Source: a virus (lineage: Duplodnaviria; Heunggongvirae; Uroviricota; Caudoviricetes). From it: a stretch of DNA of 18,644 nt. Numbering within the stretch: the first letter of the stretch is position 1; the number at the start of each line of letters is the position of its first letter. Below, piece by piece: positions 1 to 8,474 of this stretch. The notes under the pieces were generated by a model. The model made no database searches and was not told the DNA's origin. It saw only the letters and a program-made list of their open reading frames with translations. The stretch covers positions 1 to 18,644 of the IMG/VR virus record IMGVR_UViG_2627853678_000002, one strand, 5' to 3'. Both the position numbers and the translations under genes were made by a program.

Positions 1-2
1 CG

Positions 3-320
3 ATGTTATTCAGCGATCTGTTCAAATGTTATTACCCGATCTCGAGGAAGTTATTGAGTGATCTCCATTTCATGAAAATACGCACCAGTGACAGCTTTCA
101 GTTTATTCTCCACGAGAAAAAGAGAGCGGAAAGCGGTAAAAACGCCGGTCAGGAGTGGCTGGCGGTGGTTGGTTATTACCCGAAATTAAGCCAGCTCGTT
201 TCCGGCCTGATGCATCACGATATTCTGACCGGAAGCGCAAAGTCTTTTGCTGATTTAAACGCGCAGGTTGAGCAACTCAGCAAGCGTTGTTCAGAGGCTT
301 TTGGCTCATATGGCCGTTAA
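3..320 (+). CDS. hypothetical protein upstream of the replication gene (position of P2 orf80-83); true start uncertain
   Basis: 105-codon ORF ending 11 nt into gene A; no motif recognised; product not identified. Confidence 0.3.
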   Translation: MLFSDLFKCYYPISRKLLSDLHFMKIRTSDSFQFILHEKKRAESGKNAGQEWLAVVGYYPKLSQLVSGLMHHDILTGSAKSFADLNAQVEQLSKRCSEAFGSYGR

Positions 321-2580
321 AGCCTCCGGGCGTTTTGTCCCTCCGTCAGCATTTGCCGCAGGCACCGGTAAGGCGTTTACCGGTGCTTATGCATGGAACG
401 CGCCACGCGAGGCTGTCGGGCGCGAAAGACCCCTTACACGTGACGAGATGCGTCAGGTGCAAGGTGTTTTATCCACGATTAACCGCCTGCCTTACTTTTT
501 GCGCTCGCTGTTTACTTCACGCTATGACTACATCCGGCGCAATAAAAGCCCGGTGCACGGGTTTTATTTTCTCACATCCACTTTTCAGCGTCGTTTATGG
601 CCGCGCATTGAGCGTGTGAATCAGCGCCATGAAATGAACACCGACGCGTCGTTACTGTTTCTGGCAGAGCGTGACCACTATGCGCGCCTGCCGGGAATGA
701 ATGACAAGGAGCTGAAAAAATTTGCCGCCCGTATCTCATCGCAGCTTTTCATGATGTATGAGGAACTCAGCGATGCCTGGGTGGATGCGCATGGCGAGAA
801 AGAATCGCTGTTTACGGATGAGGCGCAGGCTCACCTGTATGGTCATGTTGCTGGCGCTGCACGAGCTTTCAATATTTCCCCTCTCTACTGGAAAAAATAC
901 CGTAAAGGGCAGATGACCACGAGGCAGGCATATTCTGCCATTGCCCGTCTGTTTAACGATGAGTGGTGGACTCATCAGCTCAAAGGCCAGCGTATGCGCT
1001 GGCATGAAGCGTTACTGATAGCTGTCGGGGAGGTCAATAAAGACCGTTCTCCTTATGCCAGTAAACACGCCATTCGTGATGTGCGTGCGCGTCGCCAGGC
1101 AAATCTGGAATTTCTTAAATCGTGTGACCTTGAAAACAGGGAAACCGGCGAGCGCATCGACCTTATCAGTAAGGTGATGGGCAGTATTTCTAATCCTGAA
1201 ATTCGCCGGATGGAGCTGATGAACACCATTGCCGGTATTGAGCGTTACGCCGCCGCAGAGGGTGATGTGGGGATGTTTATCACGCTGACCGCGCCGTCAA
1301 AGTATCACCCGACACGTCAGGTCAGAAAAGGCGAAAGTAAAACCGTTCAGCTTAATCACGGCTGGAACGATGAGGCATTTAATCCAAAGGATGCGCAGCG
1401 TTATCTCTGCCGCATCTGGAGCCTGATGCGCACGGCATTCAAGGATAATGATTTACAGGTCTACGGTTTGCGTGTCGTCGAGCCACACCACGACGGAACG
1501 CCGCACTGGCATATGATGCTTTTTTGTAATCCACGCCAGCGTAACCAGATTATCGAAATCATGCGTCGCTACGCGCTCAAAGAGGATGGAGACGAAAGAG
1601 GAGCTGCGCGAAACCGTTTTCAGGCAAAACACCTTAACCGGGGCGGTGCTGCGGGATATATCGCGAAATACATTTCAAAAAACATCGACGGCTATGCACT
1701 GGATGGTCAGCTCGATAACGACACCGGCAGGCCGCTGAAAGACACTGCAGCGGCTGTTACCGCATGGGCGTCAACGTGGCGCATCCCGCAATTTAAAACG
1801 GTTGGCCTGCCGACAATGGGGGCTTACCGTGAACTACGCAAATTGCCGCGCGGCGTCAGCATTGCTGATGAGTTTGACGAGCGCGTCGAGGCTGCACGCG
1901 CCGCCGCAGACAGTGGTGATTTTGCGTTGTATATCAGCGCGCAGGGCGGGGCAAATGTCCCGCGCGATTGTCAGACTGTCAGGGTCGCCCGTAGCCCGTC
2001 GGATGACGTTAACGAATACGAGGAAGAGGTCGAGAGAGTGGTCGGCATTTACGCGCCGCATCTCGGCGCGCGTCATATTCATATCACCAGAACGACGGAC
2101 TGGCGCATTGTGCCGAAAGTTCCGGTCGTTGAGCCTTTGACTTTAAAAAGCGGCATCGCCGCGCCTCGGAGTCCTGTCAATAACTGTGGAAAGCTCACCG
2201 GTGGTGATACTTCGTTACCGGCTCCCACACCTTCTGAACATGCCGCAGCCGTGCTTAATCTGGTTGATGACGGTGTTATCGGATGGAATGAGCCAGAGGT
2301 CGTGAGGGCGCTCAGAGGTGCATTAAAACACGGACTGAGAACACCAAATCGTCAGCAAAGAAGCGGAAGCCCGTTAAAACCGCATGAAATAGCGCCATCG
2401 GCCAGACTGACCCGGTCGGAACGAATGCAAATTACCCGTATCCGCGTTGACCTTGCTCAGAACGGTATCAGGCCGCAGCGATGGGAGCTTGAGGCGCTGG
2501 CGCGTGGGGCAACTGTAAATTACGACGGGAGAAGCTTCAGTTATCCTGTTATATGTGATTGGAGAGCGTATGAATTATGA
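310..2580 (+). CDS. A: rolling-circle replication initiation endonuclease gpA (HUH family)
   Basis: Long ORF whose translation from MAVKASGRFVPP matches the remembered P2 gpA N-terminus; contains HUH-like HWHMMLF and the tyrosine motif GYIAKYISKNIDGY. Start placed at ATG 310 rather than the ORF-track start 268. Confidence 0.9.
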   Translation: MAVKASGRFVPPSAFAAGTGKAFTGAYAWNAPREAVGRERPLTRDEMRQVQGVLSTINRLPYFLRSLFTSRYDYIRRNKSPVHGFYFLTSTFQRRLWPRIERVNQRHEMNTDASLLFLAERDHYARLPGMNDKELKKFAARISSQLFMMYEELSDAWVDAHGEKESLFTDEAQAHLYGHVAGAARAFNISPLYWKKYRKGQMTTRQAYSAIARLFNDEWWTHQLKGQRMRWHEALLIAVGEVNKDRSPYASKHAIRDVRARRQANLEFLKSCDLENRETGERIDLISKVMGSISNPEIRRMELMNTIAGIERYAAAEGDVGMFITLTAPSKYHPTRQVRKGESKTVQLNHGWNDEAFNPKDAQRYLCRIWSLMRTAFKDNDLQVYGLRVVEPHHDGTPHWHMMLFCNPRQRNQIIEIMRRYALKEDGDERGAARNRFQAKHLNRGGAAGYIAKYISKNIDGYALDGQLDNDTGRPLKDTAAAVTAWASTWRIPQFKTVGLPTMGAYRELRKLPRGVSIADEFDERVEAARAAADSGDFALYISAQGGANVPRDCQTVRVARSPSDDVNEYEEEVERVVGIYAPHLGARHIHITRTTDWRIVPKVPVVEPLTLKSGIAAPRSPVNNCGKLTGGDTSLPAPTPSEHAAAVLNLVDDGVIGWNEPEVVRALRGALKHGLRTPNRQQRSGSPLKPHEIAPSARLTRSERMQITRIRVDLAQNGIRPQRWELEALARGATVNYDGRSFSYPVICDWRAYEL

Positions 2581-2635
2581 GATTGTGATAAAAAGTAAAT
2601 AATTAATATAATGCAATTGCTTGACTGTTTTAAAA

Positions 2636-2666
2636 GGGACAACGTAGTTGTGAACTATATTGTCCC
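2636..2666. terminator. possible bidirectional hairpin between the convergent 3' ends of gene A and the 351-aa gene
   Basis: Inverted repeat GGGACAA (2636-2642) / TTGTCCC (2660-2666) in AT-rich DNA; on the minus strand it is followed by TTTTAAAA. Stem is short and the loop long, so support is weak. Confidence 0.3.
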
Positions 2667-2673
2667 GGGAGTA

Positions 2674-3729
2674 TTAATTTTTAAATATGGATTGTATGTA
2701 TTCTATAGTGCTATCTTTAGCTCTGATGTCTTTTAAAGTGTTATTTATGAAATCTATTATTCTGTCATTACTTAATAGTGGCGATAACGCATAACATGTT
2801 GTTGTGAATGTCATGACGTCACTAAAGCTTAGTGAAACACCTTTTGTCGCAGCGTTCTCAATCGCAAGAGACTCATCAATATCTAAGTTTGTTGCTCTTG
2901 GCCCTTTAAGGAAGATAACTTTTGAAATCCCGGATGCAGATGCTTTTGAAACGGCGTGATTAACATCTTGATAATTAAATGGTTTGTCTTTCACTTCTAT
3001 AGAAAGGAAAACTATATCATCATGATATACATCTATGTCCAGTATCTCTTTTGAGGAGCTACCGGCCTGATTGACGGGATGTGCTTTTATTATCCATCCT
3101 CTTTGTTCACCTAATAAATGTAACGAAATTGCGGCAGCAATCGCGCATGTTTCTCCATCACAAGGATGAGATATAATATTATAAATAATCTTATGGAAAT
3201 CAAAATTAATTGAGTTCGGCGTTATAACTCTATTGGTTCGCTGTAGGGTAAAATATAATGCAATAACAAGCATTTCATAAGCTAAGGTTTGGGTTGTTGC
3301 TGCATGTAATATATCAATTGAAAGTTGTTGTAAAACCTTATCATTTCCTCTGCGCACAGGGTTATCAGAGGAGTGGAGCATGTAACGAGCTGGTTTATTT
3401 AGAAATGGCTCATTTGATGCGCCTAACTTACCCTCTAAAAATGGGCCTTCTACTTTGCCTACTATTACCGAATGACATAAACTTCTTGCATCATAGGCTC
3501 CGTCTACGGGGGCATTAGCTTGTAAAGCCAGAGGGTTTACTCTAGGGTCTGTTGCTTTTGCAAGTAAACCAGTAATAAGTATATATCTGTATGTAAGGTG
3601 GGTGCCTAAAATTACATTTTGAATGGAGACCCATTGATTATTTGTTTTGTAATCAGTTAATTTTTTTGCATCGTTGATTGCATTTATAATTACATTATAG
3701 GCTTGCTCATGATTTACTAATACTTTCAT
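2674..3729 (-). CDS. uncharacterised 351-aa protein; putative PD-(D/E)xK-type nuclease, candidate restriction/defence effector
   Basis: 351-codon ORF in AT-rich DNA with AAGGA 7-11 nt upstream of the ATG; its start overlaps the 3' end of the upstream HTH gene by 23 nt. Candidate motif ILDIDVYHDD-IVFLSIEVK (D238...E245-x-K247, about nt 2989-3018). No Walker A motif seen. Confidence 0.5.
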   Translation of the reverse strand: MKVLVNHEQAYNVIINAINDAKKLTDYKTNNQWVSIQNVILGTHLTYRYILITGLLAKATDPRVNPLALQANAPVDGAYDARSLCHSVIVGKVEGPFLEGKLGASNEPFLNKPARYMLHSSDNPVRRGNDKVLQQLSIDILHAATTQTLAYEMLVIALYFTLQRTNRVITPNSINFDFHKIIYNIISHPCDGETCAIAAAISLHLLGEQRGWIIKAHPVNQAGSSSKEILDIDVYHDDIVFLSIEVKDKPFNYQDVNHAVSKASASGISKVIFLKGPRATNLDIDESLAIENAATKGVSLSFSDVMTFTTTCYALSPLLSNDRIIDFINNTLKDIRAKDSTIEYIQSIFKN

Positions 3730-4021
3730 AGGTGTCCTTTAGTAAGATATCCATTGGTAGACCTAATCGGCTTGCAACCACCTCTAATAATTCAAATAGT
3801 TCTAAAGCATCTAATCGCCTTTCAAAGCTTTCGATTTTAGATATATCTGATTGTGATAATCCTAGAAAAATGGCCAATTCTGACTGCGAAAGAGAAGCTT
3901 CTTTGCGTAGTTTGGTGAGAAGCTGGACTAGGCACCTGTATCTATGATCATGTATAGTTGGTTGTCGTTTTGCCATGTGGTTTAGAAGGTGATTGATTGT
4001 GTGTCGATCCTTACCTATCAT
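3707..4021 (-). CDS. small helix-turn-helix (XRE-like) transcriptional regulator; candidate controller (C) protein
   Basis: HTH-like segment ASLSQSELAIFLGLSQSDISKIE; sits directly upstream of and overlapping the 351-aa gene and divergent from the methyltransferase. Start ambiguous: ATG at 4021 (104 aa) or ATG at 3976 (89 aa); neither has a clear SD. Confidence 0.7.
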   Translation of the reverse strand: MIGKDRHTINHLLNHMAKRQPTIHDHRYRCLVQLLTKLRKEASLSQSELAIFLGLSQSDISKIESFERRLDALELFELLEVVASRLGLPMDILLKDTYESISKS

Positions 4022-5151
4022 TGGTTTTATTCCAAAATCGAATAATTGGTGCTAAAGAAGTGAACAAAATTTCAGCGGTGAGCTTATTTACTGGGGCAGG
4101 AGGGATGGATGTCGGTTTCTCTAATGCCGGGTTCCGAACAGTTTGGGCCAATGATATAGATAAGGATGCATGTGATACATTTAAGCTTAATCATGAATCA
4201 CCTGTTTTTTGTGGTGATATTGATGAGATGCTAAGTGAATTGTCTGGGCTGAAAAATATAGGTTGTGTTTTTGGTGGGCCTCCATGCCAAGGATTTTCTG
4301 TGGCAGGGAAAATGGACGCTCATGATCCACGTAGTAAGCTGGTTATGTCATTCATGCGGGCGGTGGATATAATTCAACCAGAATGCTTTGTTATGGAGAA
4401 TGTTAAGGCTTTAGCACAGTTGTCCAAATTTGAACCAGTTAGGTGTGAACTGTTTAAGATGGCTGAAAAGTCAGGCTATCGTTCAGCCTTGCTGGTGCTG
4501 AATTCTAAAGATTTTGGCGTTCCTCAGAATAGGGAACGTATGTTTTTTATAGGGTTTCGTTCCGAAAATGATGTGAAACGAGTTGAGGCAGCGATAAAAA
4601 AATACCAATATCTTTCGCCAACAGTTGGTGAGATTATTCGGCCTTTAGGGCGAGCGGGTAATCCAAACAATTCAAGAGTCTGTAATGCAAGGATTACAAA
4701 TGCTGCTAAGCCAGTATTACGGAAGTCACCTTACGCGGGAATGATGTTTAACGGGCAGGGAAGACCAATTAACCCGAATGGGTATGCTTCAACTATAGCT
4801 GCTTCTATGGGGGGGAATAGGACACCAATTATTGATGAAGAACACCTTTATGATGGCTCAACAAGTTATGTTGAGACTTATCATAATCATCTAATGAATG
4901 GTGGTGAGCCAAAAGATATGCACGATGTACCTAGTCGTTTACGTCGACTAACGATAGATGAGGCTCTTTTGATTCAAACATTCCCGAGTAATTATGTCTT
5001 TGTGGGGAAAAATTCGTCAATTTGGCGTCAGATAGGGAATGCTGTGCCTTGTAAATTGGCGCAGGCTGTTGCTGCAGGGGTTTTGGATGTCCTTACTGGT
5101 AAAACTATTAATGTTCAAAAGAGTCAAACAGAGTTGAGTTTGAATTCGTAA
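3997..5151 (+). CDS. DNA (cytosine-5)-methyltransferase
   Basis: Canonical C5-MTase motifs in order: I LFTGAGGMDVGF, IV GGPPCQGFS (Cys codon at 4285-4287), VI FVMENV, VIII QNRERMFFIGF, then a variable region and X RQIGNAVP. The 3997 start is TTG preceded by AGAAGGTGA; an in-frame GTG at 4060 is an alternative. Confidence 0.9.
   Translation: MCVDPYLSLVLFQNRIIGAKEVNKISAVSLFTGAGGMDVGFSNAGFRTVWANDIDKDACDTFKLNHESPVFCGDIDEMLSELSGLKNIGCVFGGPPCQGFSVAGKMDAHDPRSKLVMSFMRAVDIIQPECFVMENVKALAQLSKFEPVRCELFKMAEKSGYRSALLVLNSKDFGVPQNRERMFFIGFRSENDVKRVEAAIKKYQYLSPTVGEIIRPLGRAGNPNNSRVCNARITNAAKPVLRKSPYAGMMFNGQGRPINPNGYASTIAASMGGNRTPIIDEEHLYDGSTSYVETYHNHLMNGGEPKDMHDVPSRLRRLTIDEALLIQTFPSNYVFVGKNSSIWRQIGNAVPCKLAQAVAAGVLDVLTGKTINVQKSQTELSLNS
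4027..4045. promoter_or_regulatory. palindromic operator-like element in the divergent control region
   Basis: Perfect inverted repeat TTATTC-N7-GAATAA, read directly from the sequence, between or overlapping the 5' ends of the HTH gene and the methyltransferase gene. Confidence 0.3.
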
Positions 5152-5307
5152 AACGGATCACATTTTCAAACCGATGGATGCAGAATTTAACATTGCTGCA
5201 TGAGTTTGCATCTTGAAATCATAAGCTGTACTGCTTGGCTTGACCAGAATTGATGTGGGTAAGAAGTGGTTATGCACCCGCATTAAAACCGCCCCATTAA
5301 GCGGGCG

Positions 5308-5326
5308 GGCGAGGCGGGGAAAGCAC
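5308..5326. other. cos: cos site (19-nt cohesive-end sequence of P2-type phages)
   Basis: GGCGAGGCGGGGAAAGCAC matches my recollection of the P2 cohesive end and lies where expected, between the right-end cargo and the 3' end of Q. Confidence 0.6.
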
Positions 5327-5468
5327 TGCGCGCTGGCGGTGGTGCTGATTTTATTTTTTCAGCGTCTGAGCGCGTCGTGAAGGCGTTTACTTGGCCTGCC
5401 AGGGCGTCGGTGTGTCTGCGGGCTGTTTTGCGCGGTGGTGAGCGTGTGAGGGCGTGATGGCAGGTTGT

Positions 5469-5490
5469 AAAAAAGCCGCCCGCAGGCGGC
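5469..5490 (-). terminator. rho-independent terminator downstream of the portal gene
   Basis: On the minus strand, GC-rich hairpin GCCGCC-TGCG-GGCGGC followed by TTTTTT, immediately after the Q stop at 5496. Confidence 0.55.
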
Positions 5491-5495
5491 GATGT

Positions 5496-6529
5496 TCAGT
5501 CGTTGTCAGTGTCCAGTGAGTAGTTTTTAAAGCGGATGACCTCCTGACCGAGCCAGCCGTTTATTTCCCGAATCCTGTCCTGTAACGGGATTAGCTCATT
5601 GCGGACAAAGACCTTTGCCACTTTCTCAATATCGCCCAGTGACCCGACGTTCTCCGGCTTGCCACCCATCAACTGAAAGGGGATGCGGTGTGCGTCCAGC
5701 AGGTCAGCGGCGCTGGCTTTTTTGATATTAAAAAAATCGTCCTTCGTCGCCACTTCACTGAGCGGGATAATTTTAATGCCGTCGGCTTTCCCCTGCGGGG
5801 CATAGAGAAACAGGTTTTTAAAGTTGTTGCGGCCTTTTGACTTCACCATGTTTTCGCGAAGCATTTCGATATCGTTGCGATCCTGCACGGCATCGGTAAC
5901 GTACATGATGTATCCGGCATGTGCGCCGTTTTCGTAATACTTGCGGCGGAACAGCGTGGCCGACTCATTCAGCCAGGCAGAGTTAAGGGCGCTGAGATAT
6001 TCCGGCAGACCGTACAGCTCCTGATTAATATCCGGCTCCAGCAGGTGAAACACGGAGCCGGGCGCGAAAGGTGTCGGCTCGTTAAAGGACGGCACCCACC
6101 AGTAAACATCCTCTTCCACACCACGGCGGGTATATTTTGCCGGTGAGGTTTCCAGCCTGATAACTTTACCGGTGGTGCTGTAACGCTTTTCCAGAAACGC
6201 ATTACCGAACACCAGAAAATCCAGCACAAAGCGGCTGAAATCCTGCTGAGAAAGCCACGGATGCGGGATAAATGTCGAGGCCAGAATATTGCGTTTAACG
6301 TAAATCGGCGAGCTGTGATGCACGGCAGCACGCAGGCTTTTTGCCAGACCGGTAAAGCTGACCGGCGGCTCATACCATCTGCCGTTACTGATGCACTCGA
6401 CGTAATCCAGAATGTCACGGCGGTCGAGTACCGGCACCGGCTCACCAAAGGTGAATGCTCCATTTTCGGGGCGCTGGCGGTCATTGTTTTTGCCACAGGT
6501 TGCGGTGTTTTCCCTTTTTTCTTGCTCAT
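5496..6529 (-). CDS. Q: portal protein gpQ, interrupted by an apparent 1-nt frameshift near 6457-6460
   Basis: Two minus-strand ORFs in different frames (5969..6529 starting MSKKKGKTPQ, and 5496..6437) together span 344 codons, the length of P2 gpQ. The first starts in a TGATG overlap with the terminase stop. Frame switches between ...APKME and AFTFGEPVPVLDRR. Confidence 0.8.
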
Positions 6530-8301
6530 CAGTAAAACTCCAGAATGGTGGATGTCAGCGGGGTGCTGATACCGGCGGTGAGTGGCTCATTTAACAGGGC
6601 GTGCATGGTCGCCCAGGCGAGGTCGGCGTGGCTGGCTTCCTCGCTGCGGCTGGCCTCATAGGTGGCGCTGCGTCCGCTGCTGGTCATGGTCTTGCGGATA
6701 GCCATAAACGAGCTGGTGATGTCGGTGGCGCTGACGTCGTATTCCAGACAGCCACGGCGGATAACGTCTTTTGCCTTGAGCACCATTGCGGTTTTCATTT
6801 CCGGCGTGTAGCGGATGTCGCGCGCGGCAGGATAGAACGAGCGCACGAGCTGGAACACGCCGACACCGAGGCCGGTGGCATCAATACCGATGTATTCGAC
6901 GTTGTATTTTTCGGTGAGTTTGCGGATGGATTCCGCCTGGGTGGCAAAGTCCATGCCTTTCCACTGGTGACGCTCAAGTATTCTGAATTTGCCACCGGCA
7001 ACCACCGGCGGTGCCAGTACCACGCATCCGGCGCTGTCGCCACGGTGTGACGGGTCGTAACCAATCCAGACCGGGCGTGAGCCGAACGGATTGGCGGCAA
7101 ACGGCGCATAGTCTTCCCATTCTTCCAGCGTGTCGACCATGCAGCGTTGCAACTCCTCGAACGGGAACACCGACGCCTTGTCGTCAACAAATTCACACAT
7201 GAACAGGTTTTTAAAATCGTCGGCGCTGTTTTCGCGTTTGAGCTGCTCAATGTCGAACAGCGTGCAGCCGCCTTTCAGGGCGTCCTCAATGGTGACAATC
7301 TGCCGCCACTGGCCGTCCGCACAGAGAAGACCTCCGGCAAGTGCGTTATGACTGACGTCGATTTCCACGCGTTCAGCGGCGCTGGCGCGTCCCCGGTTAA
7401 ACAGTTCACCCGACCAGAACGGGTAGGCGTCGTGCGCCAGCGTGGACGGGGTGGAGAAATAGGTCGAACGCAGGTGACTCTGTGAGGCCATACCTGATGC
7501 CACCTTACGCAGTACCTGAAAATTCGGGATCCAGAAAATCTCATCGACGTACAGGTCGCCGTTATGGCTCTGCGCGGTGTTGGAGTTGGTGCCGAGAAAA
7601 ATCAGTTTTGCGCCGTTATTGCCCAGGACAATCGGGTCACCGGTCAGGTCAACGTCAACCAGACGGGCAAAGGCGATGATGTATTCGCGGAACACATACG
7701 CCTGCGTTTTACTGGCCGACAGAAAAATCTGGTTATGGCCGGTTTTCAGGGCGCGCAGCAGCGCCTCGCGGGAAAAATAAAACGTTGCGCCAATCTGGCG
7801 GGATTTCAGGATATCGCGGATGCGGTGCTCAAGCCCGGCGCGATACCAGTGCAACTGATATTCGAAAGACTGCTCAAAGAAAATCTGCTCCAGCTTTTCG
7901 ATGGCTTCGTCGCTGAAAAAATTCTTTTTCGGTTTGCGGCGCCCGCCTTTGTTGCGGTTAGCGACGTTCGGATTAAGGTCTGCCTCGTTGCCGGTCTGAC
8001 TGTAGCGGTTGACCCGCGCCAGCCGTTCAATCTGGCGTCCCAGCAGGTCAATTTCCTTGAAGTCACCGCCGGTTTTCTGCGGTTTGATGATGAGCTGGGT
8101 CAGCCGCGCTTCCAGACTCATTTCGACACGGCTGATGGGGGCAACGCTGTCCCAGCCGTCGCGCTGTTTCCAGCTCTGCACCGTCGGGCGTTTCATCTGC
8201 AACATGGCGGCAATCTGCGGCACGGAAAACCCCTGCCAGTACAGCAGCGCCGCCTGACGACGCGGGTCGTGTAAAAGAGTGGTGTCTGTGGTGATGGTCA
8301 T
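6529..8301 (-). CDS. P: terminase large (ATPase) subunit gpP
   Basis: 600-codon ORF; ATG at 8301 with GAGG upstream gives 590 aa (MTITTDTTLL...), the size of P2 gpP; it is followed directly by the portal gene as in P2. Confidence 0.9.
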   Translation of the reverse strand: MTITTDTTLLHDPRRQAALLYWQGFSVPQIAAMLQMKRPTVQSWKQRDGWDSVAPISRVEMSLEARLTQLIIKPQKTGGDFKEIDLLGRQIERLARVNRYSQTGNEADLNPNVANRNKGGRRKPKKNFFSDEAIEKLEQIFFEQSFEYQLHWYRAGLEHRIRDILKSRQIGATFYFSREALLRALKTGHNQIFLSASKTQAYVFREYIIAFARLVDVDLTGDPIVLGNNGAKLIFLGTNSNTAQSHNGDLYVDEIFWIPNFQVLRKVASGMASQSHLRSTYFSTPSTLAHDAYPFWSGELFNRGRASAAERVEIDVSHNALAGGLLCADGQWRQIVTIEDALKGGCTLFDIEQLKRENSADDFKNLFMCEFVDDKASVFPFEELQRCMVDTLEEWEDYAPFAANPFGSRPVWIGYDPSHRGDSAGCVVLAPPVVAGGKFRILERHQWKGMDFATQAESIRKLTEKYNVEYIGIDATGLGVGVFQLVRSFYPAARDIRYTPEMKTAMVLKAKDVIRRGCLEYDVSATDITSSFMAIRKTMTSSGRSATYEASRSEEASHADLAWATMHALLNEPLTAGISTPLTSTILEFY

Positions 8302-8474
8302 GAATACCTCGCCGTGATGAATACACGGCAAGGCTACTGAGTCGCGCCCCGCGATTCGCTAAGGTGCTGTTGTGTCAGTGATAAGCCATCCGGGACTGAT
8401 GGCGGAGGATGCGTATCGTCGGGAAACTGATGCCGACATGTGACTCCTCTAATCACTATTCAGGACTCCTGACA
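8302..8474. promoter_or_regulatory. divergent control region between P/Q (minus) and the O-N-M-L operon (plus); presumed late promoters
   Basis: 173-bp non-coding gap between divergent starts; contains dyad GTGA-N9-TCAC at about 8440-8456. No exact TGT-N12-ACA element was found, so promoter positions are not assigned. Confidence 0.3.

Noticed and set aside
268-309. ORF-track start of gene A at 268 (MSNSASVVQRLLAH...)
   Set aside because: The remembered gpA N-terminus begins at MAVKASG (ATG 310); the upstream extension overlaps the preceding ORF and is probably not translated.
3294-3518. 74-aa + strand ORF inside the 351-aa gene
   Set aside because: It lies antisense within a longer ORF that has a proper RBS and operon context; no independent support.
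2581-5151. tin and old homologues in the A-to-cos slot
   Set aside because: No protein here has the size of Old (about 590 aa) or a Walker A/ATPase motif, and the island is instead methyltransferase-centred, so the P2 tin/old genes appear to be replaced rather than present.
5969-6529. 186-aa minus-strand ORF starting MSKKKGKTPQ as a separate gene
   Set aside because: Only its first 24 or so codons are real coding sequence, the N-terminus of the portal; the rest is an out-of-frame read-through of the portal gene after the frame break.
6601-8274. Several long ORFs (for example 6601..7050 and 7564..8274) on the + strand inside the terminase gene
   Set aside because: They are antisense shadow ORFs of a GC-rich coding region; the minus-strand terminase frame is the one with a conserved product and coupled neighbours.
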